From positions 186,001 to 250,000 of IMG/VR virus record IMGVR_UViG_3300026484_000007: a stretch of 64,000 nt of DNA, one strand, 5' to 3'. The notes below the pieces were generated by a model. The model searched no databases and had not been told where the DNA came from. It saw only the letters and a list, made by a program, of their open reading frames with translations. Made by a program: the position numbers and the translations under genes. Numbering within the stretch: the stretch's first letter is position 1; each line of letters opens with the position of its first letter. Positions 1-9,791 of this stretch are shown piece after piece.

Positions 1-227
1 TTTATTTTTATATTTAAATAAGCTTTTTTTGCTTGTAATAAATATAAATCAAATTCGGTAATTCCTATTTCGATCTGATAAAGATTCATTCTGTCTTTAC
101 TAAAAAGATTTTTAGAAATTCTAAAAGAATGCACGAAATAAGAATTATTTGCATTAACCACGACATCCGGAGCTGGAACCATTTGCGCGGTAATGTTATA
201 ATTTTTATTTACTATTTTTTTTGACAT
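1..227 (-). CDS. hypothetical protein, partial (runs off left edge)
   Basis: ATG at 227 preceded by AAAGGAG RBS on minus strand; open frame MSKKIVNKNYNITAQMV... Confidence 0.7.
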   Translation of the reverse strand, partial: MSKKIVNKNYNITAQMVPAPDVVVNANNSYFVHSFRISKNLFSKDRMNLYQIEIGITEFDLYLLQAKKAYLNIKI

Positions 228-257
228 TTTATCTCCTTTTATTTTTTTAACCGCAAA

Positions 258-318
258 AAAACTTGATTTTCTATGTAGCATCTTTTTTAGATACTAAGGA
301 TATATACGAGTTCTAAAA
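258..318. repeat. half copy of ~130-bp intergenic repeat (arm A), candidate phage promoter
   Basis: AAAACTTGATTTTCTATGTAGCATC...GTTCTAAAA matches copies at 2234, 12225 and others. Confidence 0.85.
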
Positions 319-330
319 TTTTCTATAGAT

Positions 331-375
331 TTTTTCTGACGACAAAAAAATTGCTCGGTTAACGAGCAATTTTTA
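331..375 (-). terminator. intrinsic terminator with conserved TTTTTTGTCGTCAGAAAAAA tail
   Basis: ATTGCTCG/CGAGCAAT hairpin followed by T-tract on minus strand, just after stop of 387..1145. Confidence 0.8.
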
Positions 376-386
376 TTTTATCTTTT

Positions 387-1145
387 TTATCTTAATAAAT
401 TTATAAAATCTTTTTCGATATATAATTTTACTAAATTATTTAATTTTTCCGCTGATGTTCTATTAATTATATTCTTAAATATTTCTGTATAGTATTGTTG
501 CTTTCTTGTTTGATCTTCAAGAATATCTACAGAATATCCCAATTCACCTTTTTTCGTAATTTTTGAAAATGATTTTAATGATTTGATTAAATTATTTAAT
601 TTTTCTATTGAATAATCTAAAGATTCTATAATGCTTGTTCTTAAAAACGAATCGTGTGTTTCATAAAATTGAAATTCGTCTCTTGCTTGCGAAAGCGTTT
701 CTATTCCTGCTTTTTCAAGGACTTTGCTAATTGCAATATACGGTAAAAATAACATTACAAAATGTATTAATTTTTTTATAAGAAAACGTTTTTCTGAAGA
801 ATTAGATAATTGAAATTGAAAATCTTCAACTCCGATGCTTAAATAATTTTCATCAATTTTATGTAACCACGGTAAAAAGAATCTTTTCCAGAAAAATTCG
901 AATTCATTGTCATTTAACTTATCCAGATCATCTTCAAAAATATTAAAATTGAAATTTTGAATATCTAAATCTCTAAGATATTCTAAATCTTTATCTAAGA
1001 AATACATTATATCTTCTGATGGTTTTCGAGCCTCAAATGGAGTGATATCAAAATCTTCTCCATCGAAATTTATTTGATAAGAGATGAAAGGAGCCCCTAA
1101 ACTATCTTTAACTCCATTATTTTCTAATATTAAATCTTGAGTCAT
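387..1145 (-). CDS. hypothetical protein
   Basis: 252-aa ORF, no recognised motif. Confidence 0.7.
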   Translation of the reverse strand: MTQDLILENNGVKDSLGAPFISYQINFDGEDFDITPFEARKPSEDIMYFLDKDLEYLRDLDIQNFNFNIFEDDLDKLNDNEFEFFWKRFFLPWLHKIDENYLSIGVEDFQFQLSNSSEKRFLIKKLIHFVMLFLPYIAISKVLEKAGIETLSQARDEFQFYETHDSFLRTSIIESLDYSIEKLNNLIKSLKSFSKITKKGELGYSVDILEDQTRKQQYYTEIFKNIINRTSAEKLNNLVKLYIEKDFINLLR

Positions 1146-2160
1146 ACTTCGATCCTTTTTTAATTTTTATTATTTTTTTGATTTTTCTTGATTTTAAATC
1201 TTTTTTATGAAGTCTTGCCGCTAAATCTATATGAGCTAAATCAGAAGAGGATAAAACTAAACCATTCTCTTTACCGATTTTTACTGATTTAGCGGAAAGT
1301 AATTTATTCTGAATCTCTTTAGTGATCTTTTTTAGATCACTAAAATCAACTCCAGTTTTTTCTTTAATTATTTTCCATTCAGCAAATTTACGATAGTTTC
1401 GTAATCGTTTTAAAGCTTTAAGATGATCGTATTTATTTAATATAACCGCTTCATAAGCTAAAACCATAATACTATTATGATTTCCTATCATTGTATAATT
1501 TCCATCATTTTCTATATAAAAAACTCCATTTCTAAATTCTTTTTTAGCGTATTCATGAAATTCCATGATTTCATGATATTTAGAAATACTTCTATCTAAC
1601 TCAATCCATAAACGATGTTCGAACGGACCACCCATATGTTTATCTTGATATAAAAAGAAACGATCGAAAAAAGATACTTCAGGAATAACGATGAATAATA
1701 AATGGATTCGGTATTCTTTTTCTTTCGATGTTTTTGAATTTTCTCCGATATTTTCTTCAATAAGCGAAAATTCATAAAAATAAAAAGCTGGTGCTTTTAT
1801 AATTTCAGAAGCTAATTTTTTATAATCCGATGGTAAAACGCCTGGAAATTGTTTATTTATTTTTTCAAAATAATTTAATATATCTTTTTTAGATTCAAGA
1901 ATCGGTACGATCGGAATATTGTATTCTTTGAGCTTATCGAAAGAATCTTTATAATTTTTTTTATAAATTTCGATTCCTTCATTTAAAAGTTTTTTACTTT
2001 CTTTATCTATAAAATCTATGGCTTTTTTAATTTCTTCTCTAAGATTCTTCGTATAAATTAATGGATTAAAAATATTTTCAGTTAATAAAATTTTATTTTT
2101 GGATGCGTTATTTATATAATTTATATAATTCGTATAATTGACTAATGAAGATTTTCTCAT
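1117..2160 (-). CDS. hypothetical protein, possible virion protein
   Basis: 347-aa ORF with AAGGA RBS; N-terminal LLTE/LLNE candidate processing sites. Confidence 0.7.
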   Translation of the reverse strand: MRKSSLVNYTNYINYINNASKNKILLTENIFNPLIYTKNLREEIKKAIDFIDKESKKLLNEGIEIYKKNYKDSFDKLKEYNIPIVPILESKKDILNYFEKINKQFPGVLPSDYKKLASEIIKAPAFYFYEFSLIEENIGENSKTSKEKEYRIHLLFIVIPEVSFFDRFFLYQDKHMGGPFEHRLWIELDRSISKYHEIMEFHEYAKKEFRNGVFYIENDGNYTMIGNHNSIMVLAYEAVILNKYDHLKALKRLRNYRKFAEWKIIKEKTGVDFSDLKKITKEIQNKLLSAKSVKIGKENGLVLSSSDLAHIDLAARLHKKDLKSRKIKKIIKIKKGSKYDSRFNIRK

Positions 2161-2233
2161 TATTATTCCTTTTTTGGCTTAGTTTTTTAATTATGATTCG
2201 ACGAGTCAACGAAGTCTAAAGTTTTAAACGCAA

Positions 2234-2361
2234 AAAACTTTGATTTTCTACGTAGCATCTTTTTTAGATACAAGCGATATAAAAGCAGTTCTAAAATTTT
2301 TAGAACTCGTATATATCTTTAGATATCTATAGAAGCGCAACGTTTTGGAAACTCAAGTTTT
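2234..2361. repeat. ~130-bp intergenic repeat, full copy
   Basis: AAAACTTTGA...TCAAGTTTT ends, central GTTCTAAAA/TTTTAGAAC inverted repeat. Confidence 0.9.
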
Positions 2362-2378
2362 CAATAAAAATTATATCG

Positions 2379-2441
2379 AAAACTTTGATTTTCTACGTAG
2401 CATCTTTTTTAGATCTTCCGCGATATATACGAGTTCTAAAA
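2379..2441. repeat. half copy of ~130-bp repeat (arm A)
   Basis: near-identical to 2234-2296. Confidence 0.85.
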
Positions 2442-2495
2442 CAATTATGAAAAACTAAAAATTAAGAATTTTTTTAATAAAATAAGGAGATTAAA

Positions 2496-3107
2496 ATGCA
2501 GAAAATAAAAAATGATATTGATTTAATATCAGATGAAATAAAAAATGAACTGAAACTGATCGAATCAAATCTTTATGCTTTATTCGATTCAAATGATCAT
2601 TCTGACGAACTTTATCAAAAAATTTTAAACATGCAAGACGATATACTTAATAATCCATTTTTCATCGAGCATGGTTTAAGTCAAGAATTTAATAAATTAT
2701 TTAAAATTCTTATTTTTTTAAGTTCTAAAATTGACACAAATGATAAAGAATTCAAGAAAAAAATGTTTGATATCTTAAGCAAATTCAAAGAGAATAAAGA
2801 AAAAAGCGTTGAACTTTCTAAGTATTATATTGAATATTTAAATGAACTTTTAAAATTAATTGAAGATTTAAAAAAAGAAAAAGAAAAAGAAAAGGCAAAT
2901 AAAGATCCAATAAATTACAAAGGAATAAATAAATTTTTATTTATTGTAAAAAATTTATTAATTTATTTATTTAATTCTAAACCAGTACAAGTTCTTTTTA
3001 GTGTATCTTTGGTAGTAGCATTTTTGTATGGTTTAAAAACATTTGACGTAAATTTCTATCAAGAATTTATTGAGTTATTTAAAACTATTCATAAAATATT
3101 TTTATAA
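2496..3107 (+). CDS. hypothetical coiled-coil protein with C-terminal hydrophobic helix
   Basis: AAGGAG RBS; VLFSVSLVVAFLYGL segment. Confidence 0.7.
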   Translation: MQKIKNDIDLISDEIKNELKLIESNLYALFDSNDHSDELYQKILNMQDDILNNPFFIEHGLSQEFNKLFKILIFLSSKIDTNDKEFKKKMFDILSKFKENKEKSVELSKYYIEYLNELLKLIEDLKKEKEKEKANKDPINYKGINKFLFIVKNLLIYLFNSKPVQVLFSVSLVVAFLYGLKTFDVNFYQEFIELFKTIHKIFL

Positions 3108-3119
3108 AAAGGAGTTCTA

Positions 3120-3971
3120 ATGAAAATTATAAAAAATTTATTGAAAAAAATAGAAGACTTTATAAGTGATCTAAAAAAGATCATTTATTATCAGGAAGAA
3201 AAAATTGAGGGGGATAAAGAAGCTAATTCGGGGGGATCGATTAATTCTACAGAAAAAGCAAAAAATGGCGCGGAAGAAATAATTAATTTAGAAAAAGAAG
3301 CGATAGAAATCGATGAGGAAATTCTAAAAACATTCGAAGAACAAGAAAAAACAATCAATCAATTTCAAAAAAATTATTCGGAAATTGAACCTCTAGATTT
3401 AGATAATATAGACTTTTCAAAATTCACCATTATTATCTCCGATGATCATTTAGGTTCTTTGAAATCAATTATTACTGATATAAAAATGATTCTAAAAAAT
3501 GAAACTCAATTTAGTTCGATTAATTCAGAAACCTTAATCAGAATTAAAAAAATAAAAGAAAAATTTGAGAGTCTATATGGATCTTTTTATGATATAAATC
3601 TTATAACTTTTAATACAGATTATGCTCCATATATCATAGAAAAAACATTAGAAAAATATCCAGAGCTTAAACCTAATATAGCGATACTAGATATTATCTA
3701 TGGAGGATTCTTAATTAAAGATAAGAAAAATTATATTTTAGATGGGGTTGACATTGCGGAAAAGATCGTAGAAAGATCACCAAATTGTTTAATTGATTTT
3801 TATACTGGATGCGACCTAAATAAAAATAGTGCAGAAGCAAATAAAATAAATAATTTATCTAAAAAAACTCAAGTACATATTACGGATAAAGACATTGATG
3901 ATAACCATCGTCTAAAACCATTAATTCGGTTATTCGAATCTTTTTTAGATACAACCGAAAAGGAGGAATAA
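3120..3971 (+). CDS. response-regulator receiver-domain protein without obvious output domain
   Basis: IIISDD (beta1 acidic pair), IAILDII (phospho-acceptor Asp), LDGVDIAEKI, FYTG, TDK; adjacent to a histidine kinase. Confidence 0.7.
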   Translation: MKIIKNLLKKIEDFISDLKKIIYYQEEKIEGDKEANSGGSINSTEKAKNGAEEIINLEKEAIEIDEEILKTFEEQEKTINQFQKNYSEIEPLDLDNIDFSKFTIIISDDHLGSLKSIITDIKMILKNETQFSSINSETLIRIKKIKEKFESLYGSFYDINLITFNTDYAPYIIEKTLEKYPELKPNIAILDIIYGGFLIKDKKNYILDGVDIAEKIVERSPNCLIDFYTGCDLNKNSAEANKINNLSKKTQVHITDKDIDDNHRLKPLIRLFESFLDTTEKEE

Positions 3972-3972
3972 A

Positions 3973-5517
3973 ATGAGTTCTTTCAATTCTTCTAATAAAT
4001 CTTCTAATACAAATGAAACAACCGAAACAATCGAAACGATTGAAAATTTTTCAAAAATATCAAAAATACCAAATCTTTCTCAATTAGATGATGAATCCGA
4101 AGCTCAAATAACTTCAGATTCAATATTTTCTAAAAATGGAAAAATTATTTTATTCTCTGGAATCTTTATTATATTTTTAATTAATATATTATTATTTTTT
4201 TATTTTAAATACGAAATAAATAGAGATTTAAAATATTTAAATCTCTATTCTGATATAAAGATCCAAAAAAGATACGAAGGTGATTACTTTTTTAAATTAG
4301 ATGAAAATCGTTTTATTAAAAATGAAAATAATTCAATTAAATTAAATAAAATTATAGGAATAAATATTTTCAAAGATGGATCTTTTAAAGATCCTTTTTA
4401 TTGCATAAATAAAAAGATTTATGTTTCAAAAGAATTAAATTTTAAACATAATTCGATTAAAATTTTATATCCATTGAATGATAAAATTTATTTTTTATTA
4501 CTTAATAATTTATTATTATTTTTATTCGTAATAATTTTATTGAGATTAAATAAATACTATAAAATGATCCATGAAAAAGAAACTGCTATTATAAAAACTA
4601 TAAAATTCAAGCATCAAAGTAATAATCTCGAAGCAAAGATTATTCAAGATATTGCTGAAAATATTCATCATGAATTAAAAACTCCTATAATTTCTTTAAA
4701 AAATATAATTAGAGAATACCAATTTGCTTTAGATATAATTCAGCAACTTGCGCAAAAAAAAGGTAATCGTTTAATTGATAGAATTTTTTATTTGAATAAA
4801 AATCCTACTTCATGTTGGTCATGTCAATTTCATGACATTGAAAATCCAGCATGTAGGTATTATTCAAAAAACGAAATTAATTTATCTAAAAAAATTATAG
4901 AATTAAATGAATTAGCTGATGTTGCGTTAAAAAATATTTTTGGTACCATAAAAATTACTAAGAACTTAAAATCATTTAAAGAACAAGTTGGTGAAATCAA
5001 TGTTTATGACGTGATTTATCGTTCGATAAGTATCTATCATATGGTGCAAAAATATAAATTCAAATACCAAATCGATCCAAAATTAAAAGAATGTTATCTT
5101 AATGGATTAAATCCAGAAGTTCTTACTAATATTTTATTAAATCATATTAAAAATTCATTAGAAGCAAACGGAACGATAATAACTTTTAAATACATTGAAT
5201 ACATAGAAAACATAGAAAATGATCCTGAAAAGATCTCTTCCAATAAATCAACTAAGCCTTCTAAACCTTTAATTCATATTCAGATAATTGATAATGGAAA
5301 TGGAATTCCAAAAGATAAACAGCGAAAGATTTATCAACTTGAATTTAGTACCAAAAGTGTGACTAAATTAAGAGGCGTTGGTCTTTATATTTCGAGAGAA
5401 TTATTACGATATTATGGAGGAGATGAGAAGTTAAAATTTAGTAGCCATTTAGGTACTATTTTTGATTTATATATTCCTATTAAATATTGTGAAAAAAAAT
5501 CAAAGGAAAATCAATGA
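3973..5517 (+). CDS. membrane sensor histidine kinase
   Basis: two TM helices; H-box HHELKTP, N-box NILLNHIKNS, G1 DNGNGIP, F-box FSTK, G2 GVGLYISR. Confidence 0.92.
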   Translation: MSSFNSSNKSSNTNETTETIETIENFSKISKIPNLSQLDDESEAQITSDSIFSKNGKIILFSGIFIIFLINILLFFYFKYEINRDLKYLNLYSDIKIQKRYEGDYFFKLDENRFIKNENNSIKLNKIIGINIFKDGSFKDPFYCINKKIYVSKELNFKHNSIKILYPLNDKIYFLLLNNLLLFLFVIILLRLNKYYKMIHEKETAIIKTIKFKHQSNNLEAKIIQDIAENIHHELKTPIISLKNIIREYQFALDIIQQLAQKKGNRLIDRIFYLNKNPTSCWSCQFHDIENPACRYYSKNEINLSKKIIELNELADVALKNIFGTIKITKNLKSFKEQVGEINVYDVIYRSISIYHMVQKYKFKYQIDPKLKECYLNGLNPEVLTNILLNHIKNSLEANGTIITFKYIEYIENIENDPEKISSNKSTKPSKPLIHIQIIDNGNGIPKDKQRKIYQLEFSTKSVTKLRGVGLYISRELLRYYGGDEKLKFSSHLGTIFDLYIPIKYCEKKSKENQ

Positions 5518-5687
5518 ATGCAATAATGTCAGGAGCAGCTCCGGTTGCTCCGATGGCTTCATCGCGGACGATACAATCGATTAAACCGATGAAAGATCTT
5601 GGAAATAAATTAAATAAAGCTTACCAAGCTCATAAAGCGCACAAAGCCCACAAAGCTCGAAAAAACTATAAAAATAGAAAAAATTAA
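5514..5687 (+). CDS. small basic protein (57 aa, AHK repeats)
   Basis: ATGA overlap with kinase stop, AAGGA RBS; MNAIMSGAAPVAP...AHKAHKAHKARKNYKNRKN. Confidence 0.6.
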   Translation: MNAIMSGAAPVAPMASSRTIQSIKPMKDLGNKLNKAYQAHKAHKAHKARKNYKNRKN

Positions 5688-5724
5688 ATATAAAATTAAA
5701 TATAAAATTAAATAAGGATTTTTT

Positions 5725-6450
5725 ATGGCTGTACAAACTTGGCAAAACTGGAATAATCTTATTGATTGGATAAAGTTACAGATGGGTGCTCCAGTCTTAA
5801 AATTAGAATTGACGGACGATGACTTAATTGATCTTATAAAGAATCATACTCTTCCAGAATTCTCTAGATACTTACCTTTATATCGATATTATTTTATGAC
5901 TGAAGAAGAAAATTGTATTCAATTCGAGCCTACTAAACTTTATCAAATTAAGAATTTTCCTTTTAAAATTTTAAAAATAGATAGTATTATAGCTAAACCA
6001 AATATTTTAGATCTTAATCAGAACACGAGCGTTGCTTTATATTCCGGAGATATAACGAATCTTCTTGGAAGTAATTATATGAATCAAGCGAAAACAGTAG
6101 TTCTTGCCGATGATACTTGGACATTTATAGCTCCAGATAAAATTGAATTAATTAAATCAAATAACAGTGTTTGGATTTATGATGATTTCATTGCTAAACT
6201 AGCATGTATACATGAAGATCCATCAACGATCGATCCTGATCTTTATCCATTTTTAAGAGATTTAGCTTTAGCAGATACAATGATAATCATTGGTAGAATT
6301 AGGACTAAATTTAGACAATTTAATACTCCAGCTGGAGCAGTTGAAATGCCTTCTCAAGAATTGATTCAAGAAGGACAGCAATTAAAACAACAGACTCTTG
6401 AAAAATTAGATAGATTGCCTCCAGATCATTATTTATATTTTCTAGATTAA
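5725..6450 (+). CDS. neck protein, T4 gp13-like
   Basis: LIDWIKLQMGAPVLKLELTDDDL resembles gp13-family N-terminus; C-terminal GRIRTKF...ELIQEG. Confidence 0.75.
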   Translation: MAVQTWQNWNNLIDWIKLQMGAPVLKLELTDDDLIDLIKNHTLPEFSRYLPLYRYYFMTEEENCIQFEPTKLYQIKNFPFKILKIDSIIAKPNILDLNQNTSVALYSGDITNLLGSNYMNQAKTVVLADDTWTFIAPDKIELIKSNNSVWIYDDFIAKLACIHEDPSTIDPDLYPFLRDLALADTMIIIGRIRTKFRQFNTPAGAVEMPSQELIQEGQQLKQQTLEKLDRLPPDHYLYFLD

Positions 6451-6535
6451 AAATCTAACTCATGATCTTTTTAAGATCATTAATCATACACGAATAAACA
6501 AACGATTAAAATTAATTGTTTTTAAGGAGAACTTT

Positions 6536-7291
6536 ATGAAAGCTACATTTTCAGAATTAATTTATGAAAGTTATCAATATTTTACAGAATCCACAAAAGG
6601 ATCTAAAAAAGATCACAAGAAAAAAACTACGAAAAAAAGTGGATCTAAACAATCCAAGCAACCTAAATATAGCGAGGATGGGAAATCTGTAGAAGATCAT
6701 TACAGTAAACAGAATACCGTTTTAGGAAATGCCGCAGAATGGGCTGATCCTACTAAAGTTGTTGCTTCTGGTGTTAGAGGTTATGAACTTGGTAAAAAAG
6801 TTGGACATCCAGTAGCTGGGACACTTTTAGGACCAGAAGGAGCAATCGGAGCAGCAAGTAATACTTACGACGATGTTAATCTTGGATCTGTTTATAATTC
6901 TAATGAATTACCAAGAAAAATTCTCGGTTATGGATTAGGAGGTGCTGCAGTTGGTACTGGTTTAGCGTTAATGGGTCATCCTATTCAAGATTTAGATGAT
7001 GCAATTAATCAAGCGAATCCAGTAGATGATCAATCTATTTTTGAAAAAGGATATAATTCCGTTAAAGACTTTTTTGCGCAAGATGCATTACAGAATGATC
7101 CTAAAGATGCTGCAAATATAGTTGGTAAAAGTGCTTTACTTGGAGGTGCTTTAGGTGTAGGTGCTGGAGCAACAATCCCAGCAATGAGATACGCTGGAGG
7201 AAAATTATTCTCTGGAGATCCATATAAAGCAAGACAATTAGCAGGAAATGATGTAAATAATAGATTTTATCCATACGTTGAAAGAGTATAA
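6536..7291 (+). CDS. glycine-zipper protein with processing-type leader
   Basis: MKATFSELIYE|S; GYGLGGAAVGTG and GGALGVGAG zippers. Confidence 0.75.
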   Translation: MKATFSELIYESYQYFTESTKGSKKDHKKKTTKKSGSKQSKQPKYSEDGKSVEDHYSKQNTVLGNAAEWADPTKVVASGVRGYELGKKVGHPVAGTLLGPEGAIGAASNTYDDVNLGSVYNSNELPRKILGYGLGGAAVGTGLALMGHPIQDLDDAINQANPVDDQSIFEKGYNSVKDFFAQDALQNDPKDAANIVGKSALLGGALGVGAGATIPAMRYAGGKLFSGDPYKARQLAGNDVNNRFYPYVERV

Positions 7292-7329
7292 AAAATATAA
7301 AAAAATATAAAAAAAATATAAAAATTATA

Positions 7330-7373
7330 AAAGTGATCCTTCCTGGATCACTTTTTTTGTCGTTAGAAAAAAA
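7330..7373 (+). terminator. intrinsic terminator with conserved tail
   Basis: AAAGTGATCC-TTCCT-GGATCACTTT hairpin + TTTTGTCGTTAGAAAAAA. Confidence 0.85.
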
Positions 7374-7396
7374 CGAAGATCAAAAAGGAAAAAATT

Positions 7397-7705
7397 ATGA
7401 ATACTTTATCATTTCTCAATAAAAGATCTAAAAGAGATCTTTTAAAAATTGAAGAAAATTTTAATAAAGCTGCAGATTCAGAATTTAAATCTGGGATTAT
7501 TGGTGGGGTTCTTGGAGCTGGAGCAGGATATTTCGTTGGAGATCAATTATCGCCTTGGTATGATCATAGCGAGTACGGAGCTAGTAATAATATTATTACT
7601 AATAATTTACATAAAGTTAGTACATTTGGCGGAATGGGAGTAGGAGCCGCAGCAGGAATCGCTGGCGGGACAAAGTTATCAAATGTTTTAAATAAGAATA
7701 AATAA
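7397..7705 (+). CDS. small glycine-zipper protein
   Basis: leader ...LLKIEE|N; GIIGGVLGAGAG and GGMGVGAAAGIAGG. Confidence 0.75.
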   Translation: MNTLSFLNKRSKRDLLKIEENFNKAADSEFKSGIIGGVLGAGAGYFVGDQLSPWYDHSEYGASNNIITNNLHKVSTFGGMGVGAAAGIAGGTKLSNVLNKNK

Positions 7706-7739
7706 AAATAAATAAGAATTAATTTTAAAAGGAGACACT

Positions 7740-8021
7740 ATGAATTTTTTAAATCAGTATGGAATTAAAAATTTAGAATTAATGGAATCTGTTATCGTTT
7801 TATTTGAAAATGAAATTAAAAATCAAATTAAAATTTCTCATCCTGGAGCATTTACAGATTACTGCAAAAAACAAGGATTTTCTGGAGTAACTTGCGATTG
7901 CATATGTAAAGCTATGGCTAGTAATGATAAAACTTTACACAAACGAGCAAATTTTGCTTACAATTTTGGATTTAAGAAAAAAGGACAAACTTGTAGCTGT
8001 ATGGAAAAACAAGGGAAATAA
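7740..8021 (+). CDS. small Cys-rich protein, possible virion protein
   Basis: AAGGAG RBS; LME|S leader; HPGAF...KRANFA. Confidence 0.7.
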   Translation: MNFLNQYGIKNLELMESVIVLFENEIKNQIKISHPGAFTDYCKKQGFSGVTCDCICKAMASNDKTLHKRANFAYNFGFKKKGQTCSCMEKQGK

Positions 8022-8030
8022 GGATCAATT

Positions 8031-9152
8031 ATGCGACAAATAAAATATTTAGAGATCTTAAATGAAGCATCTCGAGTCGACAAAGAACTTAATAAATTAA
8101 GAAAAAGCAATCCAGAAAAAGCTAGAAATATGATGTCTAAGCTTACAGTGCATGCAAATAAATCTATTTTAAATAATAATATTTACACTAAAAAAGATGA
8201 AGGCAAAAAATTTATGGTTGACAAGCCTTTGAATTATAATAAAATACATTTTGCAGCTAACGATAAATTCAATGAAAGTTTTTTTAATGACTTTAAAAAA
8301 AGTTACCGAGAACGATTAAAAGCAATTCCAGAAAACCCTACAATTTCTTCTATTCCAAAAGAAGAATTTAATCAACGATTCGCTGATAGACGTTTTATAA
8401 TGAATAATAATAAAGTAAATAAATTATACGATATGGGATATCTTAATAAAGATGCTTATGATAAAGTCCTGAAAGTAAAAAATTCTGAAAATTTAAAAAA
8501 TCATGTTCCAGAAACATACGATAATCCTAATAAATTTTCTCAAAAAGAAGAATTGAATTATCCAGATAAAAATAATAAAGGGTATACGATCTCTTATCAA
8601 GGAAAAAATTCTTTTGATTTCTTTATGAATAAAAATAAAGAATTTTATAGCAATGTTCCTTTATTTAATAAAGGAGAGAGACAAGCCGTAATTCATCCTC
8701 CTGGGACTATTTATACAAGTGTATTTGATAATAAAGATTCGTATAAAGAGGAGTTAAGATCTTTAAAAGATTCTGATGGAGGAAGTTGGTATGCAATGCG
8801 AACTGGAGAATATGGCGATGAGCCTATTCAAATTAAAGGAAAAATAAAAGGCAAACATATCATTACGCCACCAAACGCAGAAGCTCCTACCGAAGGGTTA
8901 TTGGATAGAGATACAATTCAGAATTTAATCAATAAAAATAAAATAAAAGTAAAAGATTATAAAAATCCTAATGTTTATGATTATAATCAATATGATGATT
9001 CTTATCCTGAACACGTTAACCCTAAATATAATGTAATACGGGCTAAATTAGATCCTGATAGCTTTAATGATATTTCCAACGAAAATGGAACTTACAGATA
9101 CATTGTTTCGCCAAATTATACTTATACAAAACATTTCAAAGGAAAAGGATAA
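8031..9152 (+). CDS. hypothetical virion protein; weakly ADP-ribosyltransferase-like C-terminal half
   Basis: leader ILNE|A; spacing of YQG...IYTS...WYA...TEG is loosely ART-like. Confidence 0.55.
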   Translation: MRQIKYLEILNEASRVDKELNKLRKSNPEKARNMMSKLTVHANKSILNNNIYTKKDEGKKFMVDKPLNYNKIHFAANDKFNESFFNDFKKSYRERLKAIPENPTISSIPKEEFNQRFADRRFIMNNNKVNKLYDMGYLNKDAYDKVLKVKNSENLKNHVPETYDNPNKFSQKEELNYPDKNNKGYTISYQGKNSFDFFMNKNKEFYSNVPLFNKGERQAVIHPPGTIYTSVFDNKDSYKEELRSLKDSDGGSWYAMRTGEYGDEPIQIKGKIKGKHIITPPNAEAPTEGLLDRDTIQNLINKNKIKVKDYKNPNVYDYNQYDDSYPEHVNPKYNVIRAKLDPDSFNDISNENGTYRYIVSPNYTYTKHFKGKG

Positions 9153-9154
9153 TT

Positions 9155-9757
9155 ATGGAATTAGATCCAAAAAAGATACAAGAAAAAGAAGATTATTATT
9201 TATATTATATGTCGCAATCTGATATTAAAAAACTTAAAGAAAAACTTTATAAAGAATACGATGGAAAATGCCCGGTTCTTAAAAAAGAAATACCTTTTGA
9301 TAAAATGGTGCTTGATCATAAACATAAATTGAAATCAGAAGAACCTGATAAAGAAAAAGGTGCATGTAGAATTCATTTAGAATTTAGAGTAAATGCAATG
9401 AGTGGAAAGATAGAAAATATCTTTAAAAGATACGGTTTCCATAAAGAAGATCTTTCTCTTCCAGACATGCTTCGGAATATTGCAGATTATCTTGATAAAG
9501 GATCCTATCGGGATACATATCAAGGAAAACCACTTTATTATATTCATCCAAATGAAGTTCCAAGAAGAAAAAAAGTTTCTAAAAGAGATCTAAAAAAGAT
9601 CCATAAATGGTATTTCGTAATTAAACCACGCGCAAAAAAATTACCAAATTTTACTTATGAAAATGAGGAATTTTTAAGGCTTCTTGAAGAAGCATCTTTT
9701 TTAGATACGAAATATAAAAATGTTAAACGATACGAAAGATTAAATAAAAATAAATAA
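9155..9757 (+). CDS. recombination endonuclease VII family (T4 gp49-like)
   Basis: CPVL...VLDHKH...GACRIHL...NAMSGKIE His-Me finger pattern. Confidence 0.8.
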   Translation: MELDPKKIQEKEDYYLYYMSQSDIKKLKEKLYKEYDGKCPVLKKEIPFDKMVLDHKHKLKSEEPDKEKGACRIHLEFRVNAMSGKIENIFKRYGFHKEDLSLPDMLRNIADYLDKGSYRDTYQGKPLYYIHPNEVPRRKKVSKRDLKKIHKWYFVIKPRAKKLPNFTYENEEFLRLLEEASFLDTKYKNVKRYERLNKNK

Positions 9758-9791
9758 AAATAAATAAAAATAAATAAAAAAAGGATAAACA

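Noticed and set aside
2234-2361. Autonomous IS element
   Set aside because: No transposase in the window and no consistent target-site duplication; a non-autonomous origin is not excluded.
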